In this document: positions 26,901 through 40,332 of the stretch, in pieces
How the letters are laid out: each line of letters begins with the position of its first letter
Position numbering within the stretch: the stretch's first letter is position 1
Origin: Basidiobolus meristosporus CBS 931.73
Lineage: Eukaryota > Fungi > Basidiobolomycota
NCBI GenBank assembly: GCA_002104905.1
Contig: MCFE01000462.1
Location: 7,149 to 71,148, forward strand
Direction: 5' to 3'
Length of the DNA: 64,000 nt
Program-made: the position numbers and the translations under genes
The notes under the pieces: generated by a model
Seen by the model: only the letters and a program-made list of their open reading frames with translations
Told to the model about the DNA's origin: nothing
Database searches by the model: none

Positions 26901-27625
26901 ATGCCATCCACCCCGAATATACCGAAGATCGAGCCAAAATCACGTAGGAGAACCAGGGTAATGAAGGATAAGATTCCTAATGAAAGCCCCAGTAAAATCA
27001 AGGGAAATCGGCGGACCATCATGGAGATCAATTCGAAACGCAACGAAATCATCTTCAACAACCCGCTCTTCAAGAACAGAGAAGTTGCTATTCAGAAGCG
27101 GACGATATATGAAGAGAACAGATCCCCAGAAAACAGACAGTCCTCGAAGCGTGAGTAATCCAAAGCGCAACCGTATTTTAGTGTGCTACTTGTAACATTG
27201 AATTGCTATAGGGAAACGTAAACCATACACCTCAGAGCTAGTAGATGCATATCCAATGAAGCGCGTTGCAAAGGTATTCACCATATGATGCATATCCATC
27301 AATTTAACCTAATCCCTCGCCCAAGGTACCACTCCTCGAAGACTCCCACAGCTCCACAGCTCCAACACCCATTAGGAGTCGCTCCTTGTTTGGCTTCGAT
27401 GAACCCAACCTTACAGTAGCACAGTCACCGGAGCACTTCGATGAACCCAACCTTACAGTAGCACAGTCACCGGAGCACTTCGATAAACCCAACCTTATAG
27501 TAGCACAGTCACCGGAGCACAGTCCATCAAAGGTAGGGAGCGCAGACGACGATTTCATCCCAGGAACCCCAGAACGTATTACCTCTGATAACGAGGAGGT
27601 ATTTGTTGCAGAGTCGCCAACCTAG
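23924..27625 (+). CDS. SLD3: Treslin/Sld3-like DNA replication initiation factor, multi-exon
   Basis: N-terminus HVVFLID..LLEKVLVYFHQYVDSRFRWGVQCFDA resembles the Treslin N-terminal domain. Sld3/Treslin core: DAYLKTLYDSK, ELKIREAYLQILLLLEF, LDTFWDRLFIW. SP/TP-rich tail (FIPGTPER, VFVAESP). All exons can be joined in frame. Confidence 0.75.
27394..27519 (+). repeat. Three tandem 42-bp coding repeats (FDEPNLTVAQSPEH x3)
   Basis: Unit cttcgatgaacccaaccttacagtagcacagtcaccggagca occurs three times, with two substitutions in the third copy. Confidence 0.95.
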
Positions 27626-27724
27626 AACAGAAGCCATCATCCAATACCCACACCCGAAACTGTAATCTATGCCTTTGTGTAATTCGATCTCATGTATTTA
27701 TGGGAAACCATCCAAAGCCCACCC

Positions 27725-27734
27725 GTCACGTGAC
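27725..27734. promoter_or_regulatory. Palindromic GTCACGTGAC E-box (Cbf1/CDEI-type bHLH site candidate)
   Basis: Perfect palindrome in the intergenic region upstream of Rho-GDI. The 12-mer CCCGTCACGTGA also occurs at 55791-55802, between the LRR gene and serpin 2. Confidence 0.3.
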
Positions 27735-28277
27735 CACCCATGATGGGCGCTGATAATGCCAAGATAGCAATTTGTAAATGAATTGAATAAAAGTCGGAGG
27801 CAGTTGCCAAGAAGCTATTTATAGGAAGCGCTACAGGTTACGTAGGCTGGCGAGAGAGAGCATAGAATTCCTTGCGTATGCTGGCAGCACTATTCAGGGT
27901 GTCAGGTGGACTTCAAATCTTTGATCAATGCGTATCAACGTCAGCAGTTCATGGCAAATAGTGTTACACATTCATTTAGATCAATTACCCATTGCTATCC
28001 ATTGGCTTTCAAACTGCTCATTAAACATGGGTATGTGTAATGGATCAGTGAAACATATTAATGATTGATATTGTAGATGTAATTTGTGCTTATAAGCCTC
28101 AATGCATATCATCTCAATTGCGAATATATATGGCCAATCCCTTGACCAACCAGCTCCCGCCAGTTTGAACCAACCCTCGTCCCTAACCTCCCACTCCCTT
28201 AATATTGGTCTGTTGTTCCTTTCTTCTTCTTGAGACCTTTCACCTCGCCTTTCCTGTGAATTTTATCTATTTTCCCA

Positions 28278-29301
28278 ATGTCTGAGTCATTTGATAACGA
28301 AGAGTTGATGCCCACCACCACTGCCGGCTACAAGCCTGGTGAGAAGAAGACCATCCAGGAGTTGACTGCCTTGGATGCTGAGGATGAATCTCTTCGCAAA
28401 TGGAAGGAAAATCTCGGCTTAGGAAAAGCTCCTGGTATTTACCTTTCTCCATCTCTACGTAAATCTCCTGTCGCTGTACCAGATACCTAACCACTCCTCA
28501 ACACCTCTAGTTTCTGCCACAGATGACCCACGAAAGGTAACTTTCCCTTTTGAAAGCATTCCTGTCACCTATCATGGATTTACTAACGACAACCTTGTTC
28601 CCAGGTGATTGTCTTGCAACTTGCCCTGGAGGTTGAGGGTAGACCTGATGTTGTGTTGGATTTGTCCACCCCTGGTAAGCATCTAGCGGCTTAGTGTTGG
28701 TGGAGGCTCTACTAACGCGTTTGAGCAGATGCCATTACCAAAGCCAAAAACGAAGTGATCACTATCAAGGAGGGTATTGAATACCGACTCAAAGTCAAGT
28801 TCCGGTAAGTTGGTTGGTAGTTTCCCAGCCACAACCCGTTTACTAAGTAAGGTGGTCAGCGTCCAACACGAGGTCATCTCGGGGCTCAAGTTCCTTCAAG
28901 TAGTAAAGAGAAAGGGAATCACCGGTAAGCTCCTCAATCTGATCAAATCCACTCGCAACACCCCTCCTGACATGTCTGTTCAGTTGACAAAACCGAGGAA
29001 ATGATCGGAAGTTACGGACCATCCACAGAAGTCTATGAGAAGAAGGTAGGTTGCTCTTTTCCTCGGAGCATCACGAATATTGGCACTTACCAGGGTTTGT
29101 ACAGTTCTTGGCCGAGCAAGCGCCCAGCGGTCTTCTTACCAGAGGCCGTTACAACGCCAAGGTAAATGGGAAATATCATTGGTTGGCCTAACGCATCTTG
29201 CTAAGCCATTCATTTCACAGAGTAAATTCATCGACGACGACAAGCTCACTCACATGGAATGGGCCTGGTCATTTGAAATCAAGAAGGAATGGGACAATTA
29301 A
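28278..29301 (+). CDS. RDI1: Rho GDP-dissociation inhibitor, 8 exons
   Basis: GYKPGEKKTIQELTALDAEDESLRKWKENLG..DPRKVIVLQLALEVEGRPD..IKEGIEYRLKVKFRVQHEVISGLKF..EMIGSYGP..APSGLLTRGRYNAKSKFIDDD..WSFEIKKEW. Confidence 0.96.
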
Positions 29302-29843
29302 ATAGTGTATTTAGTCAATGACCTTTTACGAAGAGATGCCCAACCATTTATACAATACCCGAATTTCTAATTTCTCTCTTCACGTACTTGCAACAACCCT
29401 CAATAAAGCCATTGTTGAAGATTCCACTATAAGTTGCCCAGCCAATGGCCTCAGGATGGCCCTTCTATTGGCCAATCCTGCTCACTCATACATTGTTGTG
29501 GATGGTGTTGCCATGATGTCACGAATCAAAGTGGCTTTTGGGGGAGGGGTAAGGGGGAGGTGGAGAGCAGCTTGAATGGTAGTGGTCGGTGTGATGAATT
29601 GGGCGATGGTGATGGATTGAGCACTGATTTAGGAAGATCATTAGGGTTAGGTTAGATTCTATTAAATGGTAAACCATCCTTAGTAGCCTGAGTGACTGAC
29701 GCTTACCTGTCCTCTTTTCTTTCCCTCGCTTTCACCTAATACCACTCCATTCCCCCTTGACCCTCACCCGCTTACCTCTTTAGTGACCTGACTTGTGTGC
29801 GAATCCCTTTCTTTATACCTTTTCCCCTTTCACTCTCACATAC

Positions 29844-31479
29844 ATGGAGCGAACACTTTTATCTACACCCACCGGGTTTGCTGAAATTATCGAAGAGCTG
29901 CATCGAAAAGTAACCGAAGCACAACCCAAAGACCTTTACCAGTTTTGCGCCGAATATTTCCAAGAGAGGCTTCGGGAGCAGCGGGAGCACTTGTTGAATC
30001 TGGGTAAGTCTCCTCGGAGGGGTCGAGATGAAGTTGGTGGCTTCGCTCACTTGCCACCTATGTCTTGCGTTGCATTCAATCGAACGCTGGACCTTGCAAC
30101 ACTCCTTGACCCACATGCTCTACCACTGGCTGATGTGTTGATTTCTTTGTAGGTACACAGCACACCCCGGGGGTTTCTTATGCCAGAAGCATATACGTGC
30201 AGAACCAGTTCAGAAACAACTTCCATCCAAATGGGATTACCAATGGTCACGTGGGATACAACTACGAAGCAGCTATATACGAGGACACTGATGACGAAGA
30301 TGCCGTATACCTTTCAGGTCAAGAAGAGATTGCAGATGAAGCCCCAGAAGAAAATACCTTGGAGATTCAGCAACCAGAGCTCGAAGAGTCGCTGGCGGAC
30401 GATGAACAGGAAGAAACAAAGGATACTTTGGTAAACCCAGAAGTAGCAGCAGAGGAGGAGAAGGAAGACGACGACGACGACGACGACTCCGATATCATCA
30501 TTTGTGATGACCCCCCAATGCCAATAGCATACAACCGCGGACGCCGTACTAGTGTCAGTGCTGAATCCATGACTCCCACCAATGACGGGACCTACGAAAA
30601 GATTACCATCCCAAAGTCTCCTGAGCAACGGCAACGGATCGAGGTTTCGTTGGCAAACAACTTCCTCTACAAAAACCTGGACGAGGAGCAGTACCGGGAT
30701 GTCATAGATGCCATGTCGGAAAAAAAGGTCCAGAATGGTGAGTCCATCATCAGACAGGGGGATGTTGGGGACTACTTCTACGTCGTGGAGACTGGTACTT
30801 TTGACGTGTTTGTTGCGAAGAATCTCGAGGAGCCCGTGAAGGTGACCGAGTACGGACCGGGCGGAAGCTTCGGTGAGCTGGCATTGATGTACAATGCCCC
30901 ACGTGCCGCCACGGTCACCGCTACCTCGGACGCGGTTCTGTGGGCGTTGGACCGGGTTACTTTCCGTCGTATCCTAATGGAGCGCACCAACACCAAGAGA
31001 AGAATGTACGAGGCCTTCCTCGAAGAAGTGCCACTGCTCGTTTCTCTTGAGCACTACGAACGCCACAAAATCGCCGACGCCCTCGAATCCATGGTCTTTT
31101 GTGATGGCGACGTGGTTCTTCGACAAGGGGATGTGGGCGACAGCTTTTACATCATTGAATCTGGCGAGGCCAGGGTTACGGTGATCGATGACGATGGTGT
31201 TGAGCATGAGCTTCCCAGCCTGAAGAAGGGATATTATTTTGGAGGTGAGAATGGATTCGCTGCATCTCCATGACTTGCATGTACTAACCGGGATTTCTCC
31301 CTTGATTAGAACTGGCGCTGTTGAACGATAGACCTCGTGCTGCCACCATATCCGCCAAAGGCCGGTTGAAGGTAGCCACCCTGGGTAAGAAGGCGTTTGT
31401 TCGACTCCTAGGCCCCGTAGTAGATATTATTAGACGGAATACAGCGGACTACAAGGTGATATCTCACCATATCGAATAG
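29844..31479 (+). CDS. pkaR: cAMP-dependent protein kinase regulatory subunit, 3 exons
   Basis: N-terminal D/D domain ([15 protein letters not shown]), inhibitor site [11 protein letters not shown], and two cNMP-binding domains ([15 protein letters not shown]; [16 protein letters not shown]). Confidence 0.96.
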
Positions 31480-31922
31480 ACTCATGGAGGTCAGCATAGA
31501 TGTGGATCGACCCCGCACCCCCTTCCTCACCCCATGGAACCAGATCTAGCCTCTTCAATGCGGGACCAATCGGTAGCCCTTTCCAGGTTGAGTCAACTCT
31601 TTTGTCATCGAAGCATCCCGCCAATCTTTCTCTCGAACTATCTATGATTAGAGCATAAACTTACTCCCCAATAAACACGGACTCCACTTCAACCCGAGAA
31701 TCTCTTCGTAGAATCAGTTATGTTTATTCAGGTCACGTCGTTCTAGAAAGAAAGTAACACAAAGGATGGGGGGTTTGAGGTGAACATGAATGTTGCTTTG
31801 CTATGCATGAGAGGGAGGGGGGGAGGGAAAGGGCGGTTCAGTAAACAAGATGAGCGATGCTGACCGGGGAAGTGGGTGGGTAGAAGTATGAAGCATGGGG
31901 ATGTTTGGCAAGAGGCAGGTCA

Positions 31923-32909
31923 TCAGTTACCCTTCTTCTTGGATGCGATGGAGGAGAACACGCTGAGTAGATTCTCGGCGATTTTGTCTTCCTCGGTCTT
32001 CTTGGGTGCCACCTTGGGAGGGTTGGCGGAGGTGGCGAATGATGGGAACTTCTTCTTGTCGGACTGGCTGGAGCCGGACTCTTGGCCGGATTGGTTGGGC
32101 TTGGATTTGATCATACTGCGCACCTTGGCAAGAAGCTGGTCGGTGGAAAGGGCGTCCTTCTTGTCCCCGGCAAAGATGTTGGGCATTCTGCGGTAGTTCA
32201 ACCCGGCCGAGGCGGTCTCTGGTTGGGTGACCGACAAGACGACGTCAGGCTTGCCTTCGCTATCGATCTCGGCCTTTACGACGTAGAAGGTCTTGAGGTC
32301 GCGAAGGTTGGCTCCGAGGGATTGTGCTGCGAAGCGGGAAGGAAGGAAAGCGACGATACCGGCGATACCGACAGCGTAACCACCGGTGATGCGGTTAAGA
32401 ATACGTCCCTGCACCTTGACCACCGAGGGGTTGTTCAAATGGTATGAAGGGTAGGCTGGCTGGGAGCCGGTGGTACGGGAGCTCACGGCATTCATGAAAC
32501 TCAAGTGCTCGTCTTCTCTGAGCTTCTTGGCCTCGACCGCGTCTCTCCATTCCTGCTTGCGGTTGGCTGCCTTCTTGATGAATTTCTTCCACTCCTGCTC
32601 GGAGAGCTTGGTGACGTTGGTGGGAATGTTCATGGGAAGGGCCTCGGGGGATTTCGAGGTGGGGAAGTTCTCCTTGAAGCGCTTCAGGGTAAGGATAGAG
32701 CCCTGGGCACTGGTGATAGGTGTCTGGTGCTCCAAGGTGTCAAGCGCTTGCACGTCGATGAACTTGGTTCTAAGGGTTACTGGCAAGTTTCTCTTCAAGC
32801 CCCAGTCCCCAATGTCCCGGAAGCCGCCGAAGGTGGTGTACACCTGGTTAATCTTCGGGTCGTAGCTGGCGAGCTTCGAGGTACGAAACAATCTGGCGAA
32901 GGAAGACAT
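31923..32909 (-). CDS. MRP51: Mitochondrial small-subunit ribosomal protein bS1m (MRP51 family), intronless
   Basis: MSSFARLFRTSKLAS..GDWGLKRNLP motif and S1-like VQGRILNRITGGYAVGIAGIVAFLP. Confidence 0.85.
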   Translation of the reverse strand: MSSFARLFRTSKLASYDPKINQVYTTFGGFRDIGDWGLKRNLPVTLRTKFIDVQALDTLEHQTPITSAQGSILTLKRFKENFPTSKSPEALPMNIPTNVTKLSEQEWKKFIKKAANRKQEWRDAVEAKKLREDEHLSFMNAVSSRTTGSQPAYPSYHLNNPSVVKVQGRILNRITGGYAVGIAGIVAFLPSRFAAQSLGANLRDLKTFYVVKAEIDSEGKPDVVLSVTQPETASAGLNYRRMPNIFAGDKKDALSTDQLLAKVRSMIKSKPNQSGQESGSSQSDKKKFPSFATSANPPKVAPKKTEEDKIAENLLSVFSSIASKKKGN

Positions 32910-33295
32910 GGTGGTCGAGAAAGCAAGAGTGGTGGTTTCTCTCTAGATATTGCTACGAGTCTGGGTGAAAAGGGTCCCTGTCACCTTGGCGGAGTATCGA
33001 TCCGAATCACATTGCTTTCCCTCATCCATCAATACTACAAGTAAAATTTTCTCTCCCCCAGTCCCACTCTGACCCCCTTTCCCCCTCTCCCCCCTCCCCA
33101 TGCAATTCATCTCCCCCGGGATCACCCTACGATAAACAGACTGCTCGTGGAGAATGGAGATTTATTCAACGAATCAACCAAAAATGCTCGAATCCACACG
33201 GATTCCGGGGTAAAATACAAGCTAATATACAGATGAGTCTGTCCCAGGGGAATGCTGATAAATGAACATGAATCCAACAATGTAGGCACCGACGC

Positions 33296-36200
33296 TCAGC
33301 CACGGTACTTGGATCGGTTCGGTGTCCAGGAGCAGTACTGCTTGAGGGTCGATCCGATCTTTTCCTTGGTCACGATCTTGCTCAAGATGTCGTCGAAAAG
33401 GCTGGCCTGAGGCACGTTACGCTCATACGCGGTGACCGCTATGATCGGCGTCTCCTGGTTGAGGTTCTTCGTGGATTTGATCATCCGCGCGGCCGTAAAA
33501 CCGTCGACTAAAACGTAGGCGAGTTAGAAATCATCGGGGAAGGGCGGGTCGAACATGGAATCTAGTTCACTTACTGATCGGCATCTTGATGTCCATGAAG
33601 ATGATATCGAACTTCACTTTGCCCATGCAGCACCTGATCGCCTCAGCGCCGTTGTAGCACACCACCGAGCTGCAATGGAGCTTCTCCAGGATCCTCTCTA
33701 ATAGCTTCGCGCTGATCGCGTTGTCATCCACAATAAGGCACTTCAGCCTGCTGTGGCTGGGTTTTCTGGATAACGGGCCCAGCCCGCTAGGACTAGATTT
33801 GCTGGACGAGGCCCGAGACCTGGGCTGGTTGGTTGACCGCTTTGGCGATTCTGCAGCATTGTCGGGGAGCGACGATGTTCTTCCGCACCAAGACATCCGG
33901 GAGCTTGGGAGGGAGGAGGACATCGTTTGCTCAAATGACTTCAAGGCAGATGTGCTTAGGGCAGATGGGACGGAGACGTTTCTTGGTCTTGGCGTGGGGA
34001 TGGCGAGGTTTCGGTCCTCCGAATTGGACCGGATATGGATCATGCTATGCCGTTTGGTGGAGTCTGTGATGGACGGGTCCGACTTCAGCCTCCTAATCAC
34101 ATCATCATTGGCTTTGGCCAGAACCTCTAGATTCTTGTACGAAAAGTTGCCGAAGTCTGCCGTGGTAGGCTCGGTTGTGCCGCTGGTAGACTGTGACTCG
34201 GGTGTGCCCGCTGTCGCAGGTTGGGTGGTGGGCTGACTGGTGTCTTGTTCCGTCTCTGCACGGAGCTCAGGATGTTCATCCGCATCAAAGTTGGCCATGG
34301 ATGCTCCTCTACCATCAAAATAATCGGTGTCCTCAATGCTTTCGGGTTGCGGAATGAATGCCGGCCGCTCGGTCAACAAGGTGTCCCAGTGTATGCCGGC
34401 GAAGAACGGATGGTTCTTGACTTCCTCGATGCCGTTCAGACCCAGTCGTTTCTCGACGTCGGTGCACATCAGCCTCTCCATAAGGTCACGTGCCTCGGGC
34501 GAGACATCAAACTGGTCTTCGTGCCAGTCGATATTGCGAGAGAGAATGTTCTCAAATACCTTCTCCGGCGTGTCGGCATTGAAAGGTGGAACGCCGTATA
34601 TAAATTCATACAAGATCACCCCTAATGCCCACTAATAAACAATCTCAATTAATAGGACGTTATGCCGTGGTGCACTTTCCATTCTGCTTACCCAGTCTAC
34701 CATTGCATCTTGCTGCGTGCCCAAGATGCTCTCTGGGGCCAGATAGTCCGGCGTGCCCACGCACTTCTTGGGGCTTTCCTCCTCCTTGAAGTTCTGGAAC
34801 GCTTCGTCGGTCAGAAATAGGCTCCCAAGTGGCGTTCCTGGGACGCTGTTTCCTCCAGGCGTGCTGTCCGAGAAATTACTGGCAACGGAATTTCTCGGGC
34901 TATCCAAGAAGTTCGGTACGTTTGGAGTGTGCAATATATTGCTAGGAGAGTCGGTGCTAGAGAGGTGATCAAGGTACGGAGAAGGTGGCCCAAAAGAGTC
35001 GCTCCTTGCTCCGGTGATGTTTACCTTTAGGGAAGTGGACTGGTTGCGCGCCCGTCTGTTGAGAAATCCTATTCTCGATAACCCAAAGTCGGTAAGTTTG
35101 AGGTGGCCGTTCTGGTCGATGAGCAAGTTATCAGGTTTAAGATCACTGGAGCGTTGTAGGAGGTTAGTAGTGAATAAACCAAGAGTGAAAGTGGCAGCTT
35201 CTCTTACCGATGAATAATCCCTTTTCCGTGTAGATACTCTAGGCCCAGAACAACCTCTGCCAGGTAATTTCGGGCCCATTCCTCCGGTAGCTCGCCCATC
35301 CCTTTGATCAAGGCAGCGCAGTCGCCACCATTCAAATACTCCATGACCAGATACAAATAATCTTTGCTTTGAAACGTAAAGTAGAGCTTCACTACGAACG
35401 GCGAGTCAGTCTGCATGATCAGTGCCTTGCGTTCGGCCTTGACGTTCATCACCTGATTCTTGGTGATCATATCAGATTTTTTCAACACCTTGATGGCAAA
35501 ATATTCGCCGGTGGTTCGCTTCTTGGCGAGATACACCGATCCAAACGCCCCTTTGCTAATCGGCTTGATGATCTCGAAATCTTTGATGCTAATTTGCGCT
35601 GAGCGTGGCCCGGGCGTGGCGGGGCTGAGGGTTGGGGAATAAGGTGTGGTGCCTGACGAGAGATCCTGCCAGAGCCGAGATGACTTTGGTGACCCAAAAG
35701 GCGATGCAGAAGTATCTATCTCCTTGAGAGTCAGTCTGGGTCTTCTTAATCTTACGGAGCCGCGAGTCGGCAGTGCTTCCTTGAACTGCTTTGTAGCAGG
35801 CTGATCCAAATTCAACTCCTCGATGTACCTCTCGTCTATCAAACTTCCGCCACACTCCAGCTTGATTTTCGCTTCCCACTGAGCTTCTGCTTTTTCCCCT
35901 CCTCGAGCTGCGGAAAGCATTTCTTTCGTCGCCTCGAGTTTCTCTCTAACGCATGTTTGGACGTTCTGCAACAGATGCTGAATCCCTGGGTCGACAGAAG
36001 TAAGCGCCCAGGCGGAGATCTCTTGCCAGTGTGGCAGGCTCTCCAAAGGCTGATCATCATGATTATCGGGAATCTTGATCGCCATGGCAAGGTCGAGAAT
36101 CTGCTTGGCTGAGCAGAGTATATCCAGTATGCTATTGCGCCTGTTGAAGTCGTCGAGCGATCCAATGATGGTGTTGCAAATTTCACATATCTCAGCCCGG

Positions 36201-39200
36201 GTTTCCTGAAGAGAGTCGTCGCAGCTCTGGAGTTTCCGCTCGGCTTGGTGGATTTTGGTACAATGCTCGGAGTGGGTTTCGAAGAATAAGGGGGACACCA
36301 TCTGTTCACAGATATGGCAGAGAACGTGAGGAGGAAGAGGTTGAAGTGGCATTGGGGAACCGCTCTGCGACCCACTTTCTGAGCAATTCTCTGAGCCTTT
36401 TATCTTACCGTCCCTGAACGACGGAGTTCTCTCCACATTTACTGGTTCCTCAACATCGATCGCATCACCATCGTCAAAGTCCTCACCACCGAAGAGGACG
36501 GAACTCGAGTCTGCCCAGGTGTCTTCCTCACCCTCATTGATCGGCTGGATAACCCAGAGAGTGTGTGAAGGCTCTCCATTCAAGTGGTCAGAATAGCCAA
36601 GAATCCCTTTGGCTTCCATCTTCGCCCAATTATGCAATCCCTCAGAGCTCTCCTCATTCCTCTGCAGTAAAGAGAACCGAACCTCGATCGTCTGTGTGTC
36701 GTCATACAATAGTTGCGAAGTTGCGATGGAGAAAATATCCGCATCACTATCTGGTAGGAATTCGGCTATGGAATGACCAAGAAGCACTTGCGGATCAGAT
36801 CTAGGAACAGCAAGCACCGTGAGAGATTTGTCAATGCAATGATTCGAGTCGAAAGGCTTACCCCATTAACTCCCTCCAAGCTGGGCTTAAATAACGCAAC
36901 CGGACATCCTGGAGAGTCAACTCCATTACGATGCTTACCCCTTGGCCTTCTTCGACAACCTTCCGTAGCTCATTGATATCCTTCTTGATTTTGTTGGGAT
37001 CCGAGCGAGACTTTCTAGCTCGTCGGCGTTTTTGCGGCTTCGATTCCTTCGTGGAGCCGGATTGTGGGCGTACCCTCTCCTCTGTGGCGCCATGCTTCTT
37101 GCCGATATGGCGTTCGTGCTGCGAGTACTCCCGCTCCAACTTCTCCGCCTCACGAAGCTGAATGCTGATGTTCAAGTAACCCATAAGCGTCAACAATCGA
37201 GAGAACATCTCTTTGTGTGGCCAGTCATTCTGGAACCATTGATTTTGGATCTTGGTCATGGTATTGACATAGCTTTCGATTTTTCCTTTCGACAACCTGG
37301 AATGATCAACGTCGAGGATATCCTGGCCGATGGATATAAAGTCCATTGCTTTTTGCAGGAACGGGGTTGGGCAGAACGAATCCTCAGAGATGGGAATTAC
37401 AGCTGACCCATGTCGCTCCAATAGGTTGAGTGTTGAACGGTCTACGCTAGAGTGGCTCGCGGAGCTTGATGGGTGGCGGGGTGCTATCGGTACAAGCTCA
37501 TCTTAATAAACGCGCAGGTAGCATTGATTGAAAACATACTTACTGCTATTGTTGTTGTCTGCTGGCTGAAGGTAGGCTTCCACATCGGAGCTTCGTGATT
37601 GTGAGGAAGGGTGGCTCTCGTAGTCCATGGAGGTACACTGCGCTGGGGAAGTAGACATTCGCATGACCAAAGGCTCATTGTTATCAGGATGGATAGAGAT
37701 GGTTGGGGTTGAAGTGTGGGAGCGGCTTCTGTACATGTTCGTGTCCCTACCACCCTCATCTCTATCCTGGCCAAACATGGGCTCGCTCAGGTCATGAATC
37801 AGATTCATGGATTGATCGTCCAAGCTACTGTCTGAAATACCGTCGGCATCCTCCTCCTCCTCAACGTAGTTCAACGTCCCCTCAACAAATTGATTCAGAA
37901 TCTCAATAAGCTCGCGAATCAATCGGTCACACTCTCGTTTACGATAACGGATATCCTTTTCCAGGCTGCGCTTGCTCAATTCCGAGGAAAGCGTGGGGAG
38001 TTTGAACACTTTACCATTCCCAGTGGACGTGGAGCCGGAGTACGAGACTGCACGTGACATAGGCACACTCTCTATTGAGGGGTCGAAGGCGGTGTGCCTT
38101 GCCGGGGCCGCAGACTTGTCTTTGTCGGCGAAGGTGGAGGCGAGTAGCCGGAGCTGCAGGTGCTTGGTACGTAAGAATTCCTCGTAAGTTGAAGGAAGAT
38201 CGAAATTCATGGGGGTCTCCAGAAGTTCATAGCACATATCTACCACCTGGTTCCACCATAGCAAGTACTCTCGATTCTTTTTAAAAGTGACAAATGGACG
38301 ATCACGTCCGTCAGCCAACGGAGGATCGTAAATCCAGTTGAACCAATGTGTTTCCGCCGATGGCTTGTTTCCTGGCCAATTCTTCACTTTGGCGACTCTC
38401 GACTGATACAATTTGCACGCATACGTATACACCGATGCTTGGAATAGCGACGAATTCTTGTGATGATTTTCTCTGGCTCGGGAGCGATCTAGGGCTTCAT
38501 TCGGAGTGGCGGTCGGTAAAGAAGTCGAGTACGAATACACAGACGAGGGATGTATCGGCTGCATAGGCAATGCTGTTCCCTGACTAGGACCAGGTCCCGA
38601 CGGGCTATTCAGGTCTGCGTTGATTGTATGGTCCGCATTCTCTATTCCCAGGGCGTTCTTCTCTCGTGGTTTCATAGAGCTCTCTGCGATGCTTCGTGCC
38701 GGTTGGAAACGATTGAACTTGACATTGCTCACTGAGAGTACCCGACGATGCCGCGTCTTGGGGATGTCAGATGGTAACATCTTGGCAATAGGAAGTGCCA
38801 TGCCACCATCATCGGCCAAATTGGTACCAATGAAGGAGGCACGTTTGGATTTAACCAAAAACTTTCCACTGAGGGAGGGCGAGTTTACCTGGTTTGTTGA
38901 CTCAATGGCCATGGGAGATGACGGGCCTGTGCTCCATTCTGCAGATGGCCCTTCCCCGTTGTAGGATGTTGTTCGGCCTTTTCGCCAGGAAAGTGAGTCA
39001 AGCTCGCTGGGGCTGATCTCTTGCGGTTTCCGCACATTCTCGGCGAGCTTGTTGACATTCATAACGGTATCTATTAAAGAGGATCTTCGAGACCTGTACC
39101 ATCCCTTGCCGTTGGTTAATGGGCTGGCCACTTTGGGAGAAGAGCGATTCGACTTGCTCTCATCGTCAAGATAGGTTTCATCCTTGGCAACTAATGAATC

Positions 39201-40332
39201 TCGAGATGTGAAAGTGGGCTGACTGGGAGTAGCCAATGGTGATCCATACGATCTGGGAGAATGAGCCCTTTCAATGAAACTAAATTCCCCAGAGCCGGCC
39301 GACGATGATGAACGGCTGAAAGGACGGGCTAGTAAGGGCTCCGGGATTGGAATGCACCTGATCTTTGCGCTATTTGGCACTGGGGACAGCGACAGTTTAG
39401 GTGATGATGATAATGAGCCATAAACCCGTTCTACTTCGGTCGGCCTGCCTCTTTGCTGGTGGTTTCCAGCCGACCTTCCGGCGGAATATGCAATGTTTAC
39501 TGGCGTGGCTGGCCTCGAGGAGCTGGATTTCCAAGACAACTCCTCAGGCTGATGTCCCTGTTCAGCCCCGAGGAAGGAGTGCACACCGGGTTCGGAGTGG
39601 ATAGACGAAGGGTACGTTGTATGACCCACTCTCTTTTCAGAAGTGTACTGCTCTTCCGCATGAGACGTATGGATGTTCGTGCTCCGAAGAGGCGTTAGAG
39701 GAAGGTCTATCATGCCTGCTACCTCCTGCCAAATGAGAAAGTGAATCTACAATACGTCTTGCATCACCAGCATGCAGGTTGGGCACCGAGGTAGTTGTCA
39801 TGGAAGTTGTGGGCTGCAGTAGCACCGCGTCCCTTTGCTTGTCCATGAGTTTTGGCATTTTGAAATCTTCGTGAATGTTCGAGGTAAAGAATCTGGTTGA
39901 ACTCTTATCAGTCATTTCGCTTCCAGCTTCCTGGGTCACTGGTGAATTCTGTTTGTCGTCTGATAATTGGGTTTCGACGCCTGAAGCATGGGTTGCATCT
40001 GGAAGAGAATAAACAGCTGGTGTAGGGGTGATTTCAGGTTCCTCAGCTTGCTTTGTGCTGTCAATGGCCGTGTTTTTGCTAGATAAAGAGCTTGCTTTGA
40101 AAAGGTGTTGTAAGCCAGAAACCAAACCACCTTTCTTATGACTAGGTCCCTTTTTTGGCTCCGGTTCTTTATCTGATTTGCTAAATGGCTTTGAGCTTAG
40201 CATTCCAAGAAACCCACTTGATTTGTTTTTATGAGTTGCATTTGGTAGGGGCGAATTAACGGAGCCAGACTCTTCATGAGTGTCAGCAGCCGGTACAAAA
40301 TTTGAACCAGAAGGAGGTTCAGGTGAAGACAT
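33296..40332 (-). CDS. RIM15: RIM15/Cek1-type AGC kinase with PAS domain, C2HC finger and C-terminal receiver domain
   Basis: PAS (YLSPAWRELMGSDPQ), CHICEQ..HSEHC, kinase (IKDFEIIKPISKGAFGSVYL..HRDLKPDN..DFGLS..VGTPDYLAPE), receiver (CLIVDDN..FDIIFMDIKMP). The junction near 39640-39750 is unresolved. Confidence 0.92.

Noticed and set aside
27394-27519. 42-bp direct repeats as a possible CRISPR array
   Set aside because: The units abut with no spacers and are in frame within a eukaryotic coding exon.
32082-33044. Long + strand ORFs opposite MRP51 (and similar ones opposite HIS4 at 51551-53552 and the LRR gene at 54317-54793)
   Set aside because: Antisense shadows of GC3-rich codon usage; no recognisable domains.
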